Positions 1-13,764 of a DNA stretch of 64,000 bases are shown here, piece after piece. Every line of letters begins with the position of its first letter. The stretch's first letter is position 1. The notes beneath the pieces are model-generated. The model ran no database searches and had not been told where the DNA came from. It saw nothing but the letters and a program-made list of their open reading frames with translations. This DNA comes from Paraspadella gotoi. Its lineage: Eukaryota; Animalia; Chaetognatha. The position numbers and the translations under genes are program-made. The stretch covers positions 17,442,635 to 17,506,634 of the forward strand of contig CM119263.1 of the NCBI GenBank assembly GCA_051294375.1, written 5' to 3'.

Positions 1-212
1 GTCTAATTTTTGCCATCTTTTTCTTTTTATCGAGTTTTTCGTCGTCTTCGCCGTCGTTTCTGTCGTCGTCCTTTTTTTTCGCCCCATTTCTTACGGGTAG
101 TTTATGGCCTGAAGCGAGCGAAATTTTTCATCACATTCCGTTTTTATAACTTTCTTTGTCATATCCTTCCTTTCGTTACTCGTTAGCCTTTTGAAATTTT
201 TTTGTCTGTCTG

Positions 213-296
<84 letters not shown>

Positions 297-298
297 TC
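213..298 (+). repeat. (TTTC)n microsatellite; similar tracts at 35417-35548 and 37455-37572
   Basis: Direct reading; source of the KERK and FFLS pseudo-ORFs. Confidence 0.95.
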
Positions 299-2887
299 CT
301 TCTTTCCTTACAATGTCCTAAGTTGAGATAATTTACAACAAATAATCTCATTACTTTTCTTTCAGGAAAATGTAAATAAAAAAGTAAAACAAAATTAAAA
401 AACTCAAAAATCTAATTTCTACAAGGATTGAATACAAATTTCAAGTAAAAAAAAATAAAAAAACAAATTGTATCTCGTTTCGTTCGTCTTCTTTTTTTTT
501 TTTACTTTGACTCTTGGAATATGTAAATCAAGGAACAAGGAAACAAGCTTCGCAAAAAAAAACAAAAAACAAAAACAAAAAAACGTTATTCACCGCGACG
601 CAAAATTGACGACAAAACAAACGAAAAAAAAAAATCTGGCGAATGCGCGACTTGACGACGTTGACGCTGGCGGCGTTGACGTTCGTCACGCCGACGTCGA
701 TGACGCAAATTGATGAAAGTGACCGAGTCTTAACATCAAGGACGAAGTCGACGCCAATGACGCGACCCTGACGTCTCCGACTTCCGACGCCTAAAAAAGA
801 AGATGGCGTCTCGATTCTCGGTTTCGCGTTGAATCTCGAAATTTGAATTTATATTTTTTATGTTCGGCGCTAGGACGGGTTACATAAGAGCCAGCGGGGA
901 TTCGGACGTTGATCAAACGGATATCGCGCCAATGTAAAGGTGTGGGCCGCGCGTCTGAGCGAGATTCTGTAATGCAATGGCTTATGTGCGGAGATAGGAT
1001 GAGAGATAGTGGGTGGTAGAATGATCAGGATGATGTATGAGCGTGCTGAGGAAGGTAGGTTGAGTGGTGTGTTGGTTAGGAGGTGTGAGGCAATATTCGT
1101 GAGGATGGAGCACGTTGGTGCCGGGAGCAATTAAAGGCCAACGGTCCGCGTAGCGCGCGCGCGTCGATTAAGCGTCACTGAAGCGTAAGGTCCCTGTCTT
1201 TTTCAAAACGCCATCTGTCCGGTTTTAGCGCCGGACGTATGAAGTTAGGTGGATTAATGACCTATTTAATGTTTTTTAAAAAAAAAAATTGGAATAAATT
1301 GTATCGCTAATTGGAGGACTGTACTGGATCAGGGAGTATCGCAAAGAAAAAATGATTAAAATATAGAACTAAAATTTAATAAAACTTTGCTATTATGCGG
1401 AAATGGATGGAGTGTGACCTCGTAATTATTGAATCATTGTCGGTAACTCTTGCCGTCCAATGTGGATACATGTTTTTTAAAAAGAGATGGGTAAAATTTA
1501 GATAATTAATTATGATAGTATGTACTTTGTAATTTAGTAGCATAAGGATAAAAAATTTTTAAAAAAAAATATATGTGATATAAGGATAAAAAATATTCAA
1601 ATTGAAAGAGCCAAAAACTATCATTTATATATCTTATGTCTAAACATTTTAGTATATCACGTGAACCTATAACATTTTTCGGAAAAAGTTATGTGATATT
1701 TATTCTTCCTGCCACCAGTGCACCAGTGCACCATTCCCCAGTGCCACTCTCACGTTTCACTGCTTAGTTCTCATGCCTCAGAGAGATGCCAAGCAAAATT
1801 CGCGGCAAATTCAGGATTTATAGTTTTCGGTACCAGACCGGTAAGCAGCGGTCTGACTTGCAATACCGACGACAGTAAGAAAGACGACGAAGACTGAAAA
1901 ACACCGAGAGGCTTGTGACGACGACGACGATGTGATGATGATCTAGATTTTTTTAAAGAATGATAATCGAGAAAAAGATAATCGAGTAAACTAACGACGT
2001 TGGCGAGAAAACGAGATTTTTGTTGCAAACAAAGATGATAAGCGACGTTAGCTGACAAAAAAAAAAAAAAAACGCAGTGAAAATAATGGCGGAGGCGGCC
2101 ATGTTGTTTAGTAGGAATATTTTAAAAATACCATCCAAGAAAGAACATATAATAATATAATAACTTAGTTTACAATCATTATGGTATTGTATTTCAATTG
2201 GACGAAACGTTACCCGTTCGTACACGCCTCTACAGTGAGAGTCGGAGCTTTCCTCGAGCCAAGTCGTTTCGCTTTTCAAACGTAACTCTCAATATTTTAA
2301 ACTGGAAACAAAATAAACGAAAACGACCAATATTTTTCTTCGGATTCTTTCCTTTCGAAACAATGAAATCGCCGGCAAATAAAATTCTAAAAGAATAAAG
2401 TGGGAGAAAAAAAAAAGAATGAGATAGAGAAAACGGGAAAATTTCTTCTTCTCCTATGGGATAAATTATGGATTGGGCGTCGATATTAAATTCTTTTCTC
2501 TGAAAACCGGAAGCTAAAACCTCGACGCGAACGTGAACCGCACGAGGATGTGGAGTCGTGAGTATATGTGAGACGAAGAGAAAGCGTCACGTAGCGTCAC
2601 TTGGCGTCAAACAGCGTCAAACGTCGTCGCCGTCTTCCGAATGTCAGGAGGGGCCGACCTATTCTAAGCCATTTGGAAGATTCCATCGAAAAAGCTTTAA
2701 AATCCCGAAGATGAATTGACAGAGTCGGTCTTCAATTGCGACCTTTGTCATTGCTTACCTCTTCAATTTTCCTCTTGCTCTCTTGTCTCTTGCTTTTTCT
2801 CTATCTTGGTCTGTATCTGACCTGCTTATCTCCACTCGACGTCTTACCCCCTTCCCCGCCATCCAATCCAATTACATTCAACGGATC

Positions 2888-2975
<88 letters not shown>

Positions 2976-4489
2976 CTAATGCGAATCTAATTAAACCGGG
3001 ACCTCGCTACCATTTTTCGTATTTTGACTCTCTCTCGTTTGGAATCTCAGTCAAACGCGCGGTTATCCTATTCTCTGTTGCGACTAATGAATGAATGAAA
3101 AAAACTCCCCCCTCCTACTCGCCTTGGCCTTGCGCTCGCTCTCTATCTCTCTTCATTCACTCTCTCTCCCTCTTTTTCTTATCGGCTTGTCCTTTCGAAG
3201 AGAACGCGATTTTCGGCGATGACGTCAGCGTCTCTCTCTAGTTTTTTTATTCGCAATTTATTTTCTTTCTATCCATTCATTTCTCCGAGAAGGATGCGCT
3301 TTTGTTAGCGACTTCGAACCCTCTGGCGACTCTCAATAATACCCGATCCGTCTCAGTAACCCATAAATTTAAAACGAAATTAAAAATTGGGAGGACAAAT
3401 AAAAACAAAGAAAAAACATTTTTTGACCAATGTTGTGAACATAATATACGCAAAGTCTACTACTTAGAAAACATCCGGTCTGAGGAGGTTTTTTTTTCCT
3501 TTTTTATTGATCTTTAGGCCCCAAATTAGGAAAACGAGGAGGAGAGCGAGGAGAAGAGACGGGCATTCCGCCACAGAGAAAATCTGCGCAAGCTGAGCCC
3601 AAGCAGAATTAAACCAAAAAAAAAGGGAAAAAAAACCTGAGAGAGCTATTTCACTGACTTATTTGCTGGAAGAGCAATATACTTAAGATGGGCTTGAAAT
3701 AAAGAAAACGTCTCTCAAAGAAATGAGAGGAACGCTGACTGGTCGACAGATTTGACCAATCAGGGGAAATTGATAACAACTACTACTGACGTCGAACCTT
3801 CCGAATTTTTATCGAAATTTCATAGCAACAATTTCTCTTACTTTTGGACGAATTTTATTGACAATCAACAACGAGGACGTCACCATGTTGCATCTTCGTC
3901 GAATCAAAAATATTCGTTTATCAATTGAAATTTTTAAAACATGATTTAAAATTATAAATTTAGCAACAGAGCTGAACGCGCCAACGACAAATACCGGCCA
4001 AAAAAAATCACGCAATTGCAGACCGTAAGAAAAAGGATTTCAGTTACTTTTTTATTTCACATTTCTTTCATCTTTGTTTAATTAAAAACGATAAAAAAAG
4101 TTATAAAAGGACTAACACCGGCAATAACAATCGAGACTCACATCGCCTAAATTCAACGAAAAAAAAATAAAAACCCGTTTAAACTTTCAAACGAAACGAA
4201 ACTAAAGAAACAAACAAAAACTATATAAGCGTCAACAACTAAAAAAAAAAAGAATAAAAGTATACTTAATAAACGTGATATATCTTAACATTATATATTA
4301 ACGTAATTTCATTGTATTCCCCTCTTCGCGCTCGGGTGGCGCGAGTTAAAACTTAAAAAAAAAAGAAACAAAAGGCCTCCGTCGCTCTTTTTCGTCTTCT
4401 TCGTCGTCCCCCATTCGTCGTCGGCTATCGTCACGGCCGCGACGATTCTCACGAAAGCCTTCCACTCGATCTCGTCGTCGGTCTCACAG

Positions 4490-4563
4490 TCGAGTCACGT
4501 CCGAATCAGACTGTCGTCAGTCACGGAATACGGCATGTCAGGGAAACGGTCGGCGCCAAAGCG
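4490..4563 (+). CDS. Exon A1 of an unidentified multi-exon gene; probable start ATG at 4535 (MSGKRSAPKR)
   Basis: Acceptor tctcacAG at 4488-89; open frame SSHVRIRLSSVTEYG-MSGKRSAPK; donor CG|GTAAGG at 4563/4564 in phase 2, matching the phase-2 start of exon 5057 (CG|G = Arg). Confidence 0.65.
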
Positions 4564-4604
4564 GTAAGGAAAACGACGCCATCCTCATCTTTCTCTCTCT
4601 CTCT

Positions 4605-4677
<73 letters not shown>

Positions 4678-4928
4678 AAATCACCCAGACATTCTAAAAT
4701 AGGTTTTCTACATTGATTAATGTCACTTAATTTCTAAATTGAATATCTATGTTAGCTGATTGAACAGATTTGAACAAATAAGCAGAGTCTTTAGTGATAA
4801 TCTGTTACGCTTTTACAAGTAAGATATCATGAATTTACACAAAAAACAAAAAGACCCCTTAGACGTACACGTTGCTTGTCCAGGTCATATACTGTATTCA
4901 ATTCATTCAATTCAATTCAATTCAATTC

Positions 4929-4991
<63 letters not shown>

Positions 4992-5056
4992 TCTCTCTCC
5001 CTCTCTTTCTAAAACCCCCCCCTCCCCCCAAAAACCCCCCCAAAAACCCCCCCCAG

Positions 5057-5258
5057 GGCAACGTCTCCCCAATTCATTCCCCCTGTGTCGATTCCCACGA
5101 ACACGGAGGCCCTCAAGTCGTCGGTGACGACCCTCTCCTCCAAACTCGCCTCTTCGACCAACATCAACAACATCGTCGACGGCGGCGTGGGCGGCGTCGG
5201 TGGCGCCGCAAATGGCGGCGTCGGCGCTAAAAACGGAAGCGACGCCAAGAAGGAGGAG
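5057..5258 (+). CDS. Exon A2 (ATSPQFIPPVSIPTNTEALKSSVTTLSSKLASSTNINNIVDGGVGGVGGAANGGVGAKNGSDAKKEE)
   Basis: GC-rich island with C/G-ending codons in AT-rich DNA; (CT)n/C-rich tract then CAG at 5054-56; donor GAG|GTGAGC at 5258/5259; phase 2 in, phase 0 out. Confidence 0.8.
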
Positions 5259-7895
5259 GTGAGCGAGTGGAATGAGGAAATTGGGGGGGGGGAGAGTTTG
5301 TCTGTCTCATATAATTCATCCGTTCATTTATCAATTCACTCATGCCTTCATTCTTTGGTGCATTCATCAATTCATTCATAAATTTCTTAATTTCAACCTT
5401 CTCTTCATTAACTTCTCGGCGTTTTCATATCGGAAATCTTCTTTTTCTTTTATTTTTTTTTTCTCTCGACATTTCTTTCAATTCTTTCCCATGTTCATTT
5501 TGACCCAGTTTCCCGAACGTCTTCGATTTTCTCGCCTCTTTCTTTTTCTTCTTTCTTTTTTCTTCCATTCTTCCTCCGCTTTTGATCTTTCTTCTTTTTT
5601 ATCTTTCCATTCTCTTTATTAGATCTCTGTTTTCTTACTTTGTTGTTTTTCACTCTATATTCTTTCTCTATTAAAATTTAAAAATTGCAAAATTGCAAAA
5701 TATTCATTATCACTTTCTCCTCTTCCTCTAACTTTCCTTTCTTTCTCTTTTTCTTCCTCCTCATTCTTTTTTCCTCTATTTTCTTTCCTCCTTCCTCCTC
5801 TTTCTTTTACCTCCTTTTTTTTTCTCTCTTTTCTTCCTTCCTCCCCTCTACCGGACAGAGAGTTCGATCCTTCCGGTTTTTAACCATTTTTCTCTTTGAA
5901 AAAAAAAAAAGAAAAAAAAAAGAAAGAGCCAATTAGGCTCCCGCGGACTTTCCGTTAGATATCGAGAACGAGGGACTTTTCCTCGTTTCCTTCCCACGGG
6001 GTGCAAAGTCCCAAGCCGTGCCTTGTCTTAACCGAGAGGAAACTTTAATCTTGTCTCATTTTAATTATCAAATTCGTTGCCCCGTCCCAGTCTTATTTTG
6101 AGACCCTGTAATTTCGTGACGATTTTGGTTAATACCAAAAGCATCTAAATTACCGTTTCTCAAATGACCCTTTCTCCGATGAGTCATCTACCGAGAGCCA
6201 AGCATTGCTTGTTTGTTTNNNNNNNNNNCATAAAACGTTTGCCATGTTCTTCCCTTAGTGCCGTTTTTATATAACGTTTCCCTCTCCTGCTGTTTCCTCT
6301 TTGCTGGTTTTTTTATATTCTTTTTTTTTTTTTTTGTTTCTCCTTTTTTTCTTCCTTTGCGGTTTTGCGATTCTGATGCAAGCGAGTTAAAGAGTTCCAG
6401 TCTCAGAATCGCGTGCTTACGTTGATTCCATTATTGAAGTTGAAACATTTTCCTTTTCTCTTTTCTCGTTGCACTTTAATAATTATATTTTACAAAATGG
6501 TATAATTATAACCTCAAAACGAAAATTGCCGGACAGCAAGAGCTCGCCTAACGTGTCTCTCACCCAAGAACTTCTTTCCGTTCAACGCTTTAATTCTCTC
6601 TCGAAAGACGACTTCTTTTTATTCTCATCTTTTAAAGACATTTTTGGCCTCTCAACCTCCAGGTCCCCCTCTCCCTCTCTCCGCCATTTTCTTCTCGCCA
6701 AACCGATTCGTCCATCCGCGAGACTTTAAACCACCTCCGCCCCCCACCTCCCCCCTCCCCTCTCGAAGCAACTGATCCTTTCAGTTATTCCTCCACGCAA
6801 ACCGTGGGTCTTTCGCTAATACTCTTGAGACACGGTAGCTGCCGGCCTCTGAGCTCTGAGCAGCGAGCAACAGATCCTTCAGTCAGGAACTGGGTTCGGA
6901 AAATATTTTGGTTGGATTCCAGACGATAGAGATTCTGAGAGATAAAATGAAAATATGAATTGATGAGATTATATACTGTAATACTAATTTTTTACTCCCG
7001 TTTTAAACTGATTATCAACATTTTGTTGGAATTAACTATTAGTTAAAATTGGGGCAGCTGGAATCTATTTAGATTTGAAAAGTTGTCTTGACGCACATCT
7101 GTCCTTTCGTCGTATGCCATGACATTCTCCCACGAAGCCTAAGACAAGGCCGCCGTTGGCGACGACGACGACGACGACGACTTCGAATGTGACGACGATT
7201 TCGCTATTTGATTAAAAAAAAGAAGAAAGAAGGAAGCTGAGAAAAGCTGAAAAAAAAAGCTAAAATAGAAGAAAGAGATAAAAGAAACTTCCGTCGCCAT
7301 TTTGGAAATTCGGAGGGAAATTTGTTTCTGTACCGAGATCGACGCAAACGAACCAAAACAAAGGAAATCGCTGGGAGATTAATGTGTTCGGCGAATACGT
7401 TCAAATATTAAAAAAAAAAAAACTAATCTCAACACAAGCAAGACTCGAACAGCACGGACAGCACTCGAAAGAAAGAAAGAATACGAAGAAACAAAAAAAA
7501 AAACTCAACAAAAGATGCGAATTCACATAAAAGAAGAAAAAAAAAGGGCCCACGAAAACAAACCCACAACAAAAGTCGAAATCTAAAAAAATAATTTATC
7601 CTTGGAATTCTGGAAATGATGTTTTGATGTTTTGATTCTTCTCTCCCCTTCTCTGCCTGGAACCGAAAAAAAAACAACAAAATAACGAGGTTACTGGTTA
7701 AAAAAAGAAAAAGAAAGAAAATAATAACAAAAACTCTCGAAATCCTCCAAATAGGAAAAGATGGAGTAGATCAACGCCCTGACCTTTTATTTCATTTCTT
7801 CGTCGTTATTTGAAGTCGCGGGAAAAAAAAACCAAAGAGATTTTGTGGATGAGAATTTTTTCGCTTCGTCTAATTGATCGATCGATCGGAGTAAG

Positions 7896-8552
7896 ATGAT
7901 CGCTGCCCGCGCGCGTAGAACTCGCAGCCCCAGACCCAAAACCACGACGACGACGACAACGACGACGACAAAAAACAACGTTATAAAGAGGAAAAGTTCC
8001 GAATCTCCCGAAAGAAAGAACAGAAATAACGAACGTGACGAACAAAGTCGGGAAAAAAATCGGGAGCAACTTAGACGAGACTCGTTGCAACTAAATTCGC
8101 AAGAAGAGCAACCATCTGAACGAGAGGCTCCTCCACTTAAACAGCAACCACCCCATCAACCCGATCAACCCCATCAACCCCATCACCTCACCAAACAACG
8201 CACCTCTCTCCCCGTCGCCCCTTCCTTCCTCAATCTTCCCCCGGCGCCGCTAGTTCGAGCCAAATCCGCGCCCACGACGCCGATCGACGGCGCCACGACG
8301 CCGCTTGGCCGATTGCGCGCCGCTTTGACGCCGACGTTCGGTCGAGACAAGACGCCGAAGATTTTTGAAACGACGCCGACGACGACGACGGAAACGACGA
8401 CGTTTCTGACGAAGGTGACGACGATTCGACGAGAAGACGATGGAGACGACGACGACGACGACGATGAGGACGACGACGAGGGTGCTGAAGTGACCTCGTC
8501 GCCGATCTTCGACGATTTCTGGGAATGCGACCAAAGGCGTCGCTCTGTCGGA
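7896..8552 (+). CDS. Probable alternative first coding exon B (219 codons, MIAARARR...DFWECDQRRRSVG)
   Basis: Longest gap-free ORF in the window (7896-8762); protein-like motifs RRDSL, RTSLP, RAKSAP and an acidic D/E run; in-frame phase-0 donor GGA|GTAAGA at 8552/8553, after which the frame turns into (GTC)n low complexity; phase matches acceptor 10553. Confidence 0.55.
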
Positions 8553-10552
8553 GTAAGAAAAGGAATCCTTTGTCGACGCTTTCGTCGTCGTTTTCGTTGT
8601 CTCTTATGTATCTCGTCTTTTCATCGTCCGAATCGTCGTCAGCTCTGTCGTCGTCGTCATTTCTTCCCAATCTGTCCGTCACCCGTCAATTACGGCAACC
8701 CGATATATATCCCTCCCTCTGAATATCCGCCTCCAGAGCAATTCACAGATGTGCACGGGTAAAACTCGTCGTGCGCAAACCAACTCTGAACAACTTGTAT
8801 TTTAGCTGTTTACAGGACCGTTAATTTTTGCTCTATCTTTCTGAATGTGTTTCGTTCAGCCAACAAACAGCGCGTTACCGACTTAGGGCTTCTGCGCATG
8901 GCGCGAACATTGATTGACATGTTTTTACATTTCGCGGCTTTTTTCTTCAAATCAAGAGACAAAAACAGAAAAGAAGAAAGACATTTCTTCTGCGCATCGA
9001 TCATGATGTTATTCTCTTCTCTCTTCTTTTTGTGTTCCCTTCTTTTTTTTAATTTTACGTTTCCGTCGGAATTCTCGAATGAACGCACTCGTTCATTTAC
9101 TCGATTATTGATTTGTTCATTCAATCTTTAATACATTCATTCGCTAATTTATCATTTCAACTATTCCTTTTTTTTTATTTTTCCATTCATTCCTTTCTAC
9201 ATACAATTCATTCATTCGTTTGTCCGTTCAACCCCGACATTCATCCATCTTAGAATAACACGTTCATAGATTCATTGTACTTTTTGTCTGGACATCAATG
9301 CGAATTTTTTTAAAATTCTAAAAGAAAAAAAAAGAATTTCTTTTAATTTCACTCGTTTTCTCCGTCATCGTNNNNNNNNNNNNNNNNNNNNNNNNNNNNN
9401 NNNNNNNNNNNNNNNNNNNNNNNNNNNNNNNNNNNNNNNNNNNNNNNNNNNNNNNNNNNNNNNNNNNNNNNNNNNNNNNNNNNNNNNNNNNNNNNNNNNN
9501 NNNNNNNNNNNNNNNNNNNNNNNNNNNNNNNNNNNNNNNNNNNNNNNNNNCTTCTCTCTCTCTCTCTCTCCTCTCTCTCTGCTCTCTCTCTCTCTCTCTC
9601 TCTTTTTGTTTTTTCGTTTTCGTCTCCCTCTCTGATCTTTCTATTTCTCAATCTTAATCACATCGTTTGTTTCTGTTTTTATTTCTATATATTCACTGTT
9701 CATTCTCGGCCTATTCTTTCTTTGGATCTTTTTCTCATTTCTTCTTTCCTCTTCTAATCGAAATTGTCACATGATTTCCCGTAATATCGCATGTTCACTG
9801 TCACAACATCCCCTCGCTTATAGTTTGTATTAACGGAATAAAAAATATTTAATAATCTCTCTCTCTCTCTCTTTCTCACTCGCTCTGTCTCTCCCTTTCT
9901 TATACCATAGGTTTGCCCTTTACTACAAAGTCGTAAGTCGATTGCGGAAAACCGAAATTTGCAAAAATGTAAACAATAACAATAAGATAAACATTATTTA
10001 TTATAAAAAGGAATTGCGGAACAAGTACTTTATTTTGAAGAAGCATTGTGAAAGAATTGAATTTTTGCATGATTTATGAACCCACAAACGTTAAAGTTTA
10101 AATAAAGAGTTGATTTAACAAAAATATATTCGACGAATTAAATCTCTCAGGCTATTCATAAAAAAGTTTACAACCACACCGTCGGCAGCCATGTTACGAA
10201 ATTAATTTTGATCGCGAGGAATTTAATTTTGTAGCAAATGAAGAGGAAAGAAACCCAGTTACTTTATTTTATAAAATTAATCGAGCGTCACGCGGTATTT
10301 CCACGACGCACTCGTTCACGCTTTCGTCAGTGACGTTTGGAACTAAATTAATTTTTTACCACTGAGAGATTAAAGAAAAGTGTCTCATTTTCATGCACCG
10401 ATCTTGCACAGACTAATTTTTTAAAGGCACATATATACATATACGACCTTCAACTGAGATTTTCCATCTCATCGATTAACATTGACTGCTTTTCTCCGCC
10501 CCCATCCCAACGCCTCTCTTCTTCCCCAACGCCCCATCTCCCGCGCCCCAAG

Positions 10553-10685
10553 GAGGAAGACGACGTCATTCCCTACCGTCACGCCGGACAAAACGGCCGC
10601 GTGCCCCGCGGGTTGGGCGGCCCGCCCCCCTTCGCGGGCTCGGGGGGTCACCCGACCGGAAACGGGGGCATCGGGACTGGAAACG
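10553..10685 (+). CDS. Common exon (EEDDVIPYRHAGQNGRVPRGLGGPPPFAGSGGHPTGNGGIGTGNG)
   Basis: Branch-like TTGAC near 10482, C-rich tract, AAG acceptor 10550-52, GC-rich open frame, donor G|GTGAGC at 10685/10686; phase 0 in, phase 1 out. Confidence 0.75.
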
Positions 10686-10985
10686 GTGAGCCCAAGGGGC
10701 GATGGTGGGGAGGGGGAGAGAAGGGGAAGAGGGGGGCGGTTTCGATTAGATTGATATCAATTATTATCAACGATTTCTTGTTAATTTTGTTTCAATAATA
10801 ATGATTTTATCGTCAAACGAAAGATTCGCTAACAAAATTAACGACGATGGCGCTGACGATAATCATCTCGTCAATTACGACGACATTGACGAAGATGCAG
10901 GCGACGACGCTTCGCTAACAATGGCAAGGTTCCGGGACTCTCTCTCTCTTTCTCTCGCTCTCTCTCTTCTCCTCTCTCTCTCTCT

Positions 10986-11016
<31 letters not shown>

Positions 11017-11139
11017 TCTCTCTCGCTCCTCTCTCTCTGTATCTCTCTCTCTCTCTCAAACAACGGAAGTGTCCTTAACGTCGCCGAGTTGAATAGGAGT
11101 TTAAATTTTTAATTCCTCTCTCCTCTCTCACTCTCATCT

Positions 11140-11173
<34 letters not shown>

Positions 11174-11180
11174 TCTTTCT

Positions 11181-11220
<40 letters not shown>

Positions 11221-12759
11221 AGGGGGTCGTTCACCTATCGCGATTCGTGACAATAAAGATTCTTTGATTGATTAATATTTTTCTTTAATATTCTGCGCCT
11301 TTTCTTACAAACTTTCACTCCTCTCTCGACACCAATGAAGCAATGAAGCCTTTTCCAGATCACAATTCACAATAGCCTGCAAGTCAGTAACAGACGCGAT
11401 TGAATCTATTGCCTGACGCCTGATGAGAAATAACGACGACAACGACAACGACGACGACAACGACGACGACGCGGCCATCGACGACGACGACGACACAAGG
11501 CTTCCTGTCGCGGGGTTATTGCCCTTCCGTTTAAACGGTGTCTCCTTTATTCGATCTAACAACGACAACAACGAATAACAACAAAAAATAACAACAACAA
11601 AGAGAGGGAATTGCGTCGCAACTCAAACAACAGTGTGTTTTCTGATAGAAGGACGACAACAACAAAGAGCAACAACCAAGTTAACGAAAATAATCAAAAT
11701 GACGTCCAAGTTTTCCTCAGAAAAACAAACCGTGACAACCATAACGAAGACCAAAACATCAGCCTGTTGGAGAAGTGAACCGAAAAAAAATGTCCGTGAC
11801 GATTTCGGGTTTAAGGACAAAGGAATTTCGGGAGAAAAGTAGCAGGACTAGTCTATGACTCAGGGTGATGTCGTTATAATCCAAATTCATCCAGCTGACC
11901 AATATTTCAGTTGACAAAATATGCAAGTTGATTAATTATGCAAGTTGATCGAATTATGCAAAATTACCAAATTATTCCAGCTGACCAAATTATGTCAGTT
12001 GACCAAATTATGCCAGTTGGTAGTGGCGCAGCTACTGGTTACGATTGATAGATGATTTGAATATATCATTTTTTCAATAGTTTATTAAGAAGTCTGTTAT
12101 GATTGTTATGTTATAGATTTATGATCTTTAGATCAAAAATTGAAAATCAATTTTTGTTTCTATTTTGTTTTTTGGTTTCTGNNNNNNNNNNNNNNNNNNN
12201 NNNNNNAAAAAAAATTAATCGACACCTTACATTAAAGGCAGTCATTTTTTAAAACATAAATCGTATATATTTTAATGTTCATTATTATGTTTCCGTTTTA
12301 ACGTTTCGCCTCACTGTCGTCAGGCGACGGAGATTCGAGAGAATTTTATTAACTCGAGCCCTAAATCGGCGCCGCTGAACCGGCGATGGAACCGGCCTCG
12401 TTTTAACGGGAGTTTTCCAGAGCGCGCTTTCCCGATCGCGAAATTGACGTCATTTCCGAGCGACGTTATTTTTAGGGGCGTAATTTTGAAGGGAGCGTCT
12501 ATTTATAGGGGTCACTGCCGGCGGCGGAGGCCGGCGAGGCGGCATCGGCTTCGCAGCTGCGTCTTCCTCGAATAGAAACTCATTTCCGTCCACAAAAAAA
12601 AAGAGGCAACTAAAGTGTTTCTTACATATTTTGTTTTCAAGTCGGATCTGCTTATCAGCAGAGTTCGACTCTATAATTCACTTTGTCGGTCCGTCGGTCC
12701 CAATCTCAAAATCTGTCGTAATAAAATTTTTATTCATATCAAACATCGAGTTAATGATA

Positions 12760-13110
12760 AGTTATGGCAAAAAAAAATGATGTCCGTCTGTCTGTCCGTC
12801 CGTTCGTCCCCCTTAGCATCAAATCCAATAACTCGTTGATTGGATGGATGGTTCGAATGAAATATTTTTGAAGTGGGTAAGAAAAGTGTAGATGAACTGG
12901 ATATAAGTTTCGATGGATCGTGCGAGTGGAAATGAGTTTAAATGAAAAATAAAAGTCTTATTTAATTTAAAAATATTTACTATAACTTATTCTATTTTTA
13001 AAAATTGGATAGATAAATGAAATTTTGTATGTGGATAGGAAGTATGTGATGAGCTGGATATTATTTTTGATGAATCGTAGGAGTGGAAAAGGAGTTTCAT
13101 ATAGAAAATC
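12760..13110 (+). mobile_element. Possible non-autonomous Helentron/DINE-like repeat fragment
   Basis: (GTCY)n tract tgtccgtctgtctgtccgtccgt followed by ataactc and an internal ~50-bp direct repeat (about 12887 and 13046); classification by resemblance only. Similar signature at ~20490-20880. Confidence 0.35.
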
Positions 13111-13221
13111 AAAAGACACTTTATTGAATTTTTAAATTTCTCTCTGTATCACTCTCTGATGATTGATTGATGGATTGATTAATTTATTGATTGATTAATT
13201 GATTGATTGATGATTGATTGA

Positions 13222-13764
13222 TTGACAAAATTATGCCAGTTGACAAAATTATGTCAGTTGACCAAATTATTATAAGTGACCAAATTCTGCAAGTTGACCA
13301 AATTTTGGCCAAGTGTTAAAATTATGCCAGTTGACGCAAATTATGCCTGTTGACCAAATTATTCCAACTGGACAAATTATTCTCGCAGAACCAATATTAT
13401 GTCAGTTGACCAAATTATGCAGTTGCACCAAATAATGGCAGTTGATTAATTATGAAAGTTGATAAAATTTATGCAAAATACCAAATTATGGCAAGTTGAA
13501 CCAAATTATGCTAGTTGAACAAATTATCCATTGACCAATATAATGCAAGTTGATGAAATTATTCAAATTGATCCAAAATTATAAAAAATTGGGCCAAAAT
13601 ATACAAGTTGAGCCCAAATTATGCCAGCTGACCAATATGTCAGTTGACAAAATATGCCAAGTTGATTAAATTATGCAAGTTGATCGAATTATGCAAAATT
13701 ACCAAAATATGACCAAATTATGCCAGCTGACCAAATTATGTCAGTTGACCAAATTATGCCAGTT
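13222..13764 (+). repeat. 18-bp minisatellite, consensus GTTGACCAAATTATGCCA (~30 units)
   Basis: Degenerate tandem units read directly; partial copy at 11879-12018 and noisy copy at ~33460-34184. Confidence 0.9.

Noticed and set aside
640-795. GC-rich GAC/CGTC island as a coding exon
   Set aside because: Only short frames, no convincing splice pair, and GAC-rich non-coding tracts are ubiquitous here.
8643-8762. NPxY-containing tail PVNYGNPIYIPPSEYPPP as an LRP-like cytoplasmic exon
   Set aside because: No transmembrane exon upstream; it lies beyond a better donor at 8552; the second copy (24105-24175) does not reproduce it. An alternative terminal exon cannot be excluded.
13222-13764. 18-bp repeat array as a CRISPR-like array
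   Set aside because: Units are head-to-tail with no unique spacers, there are no cas genes, and the context is eukaryotic; it is an ordinary minisatellite.
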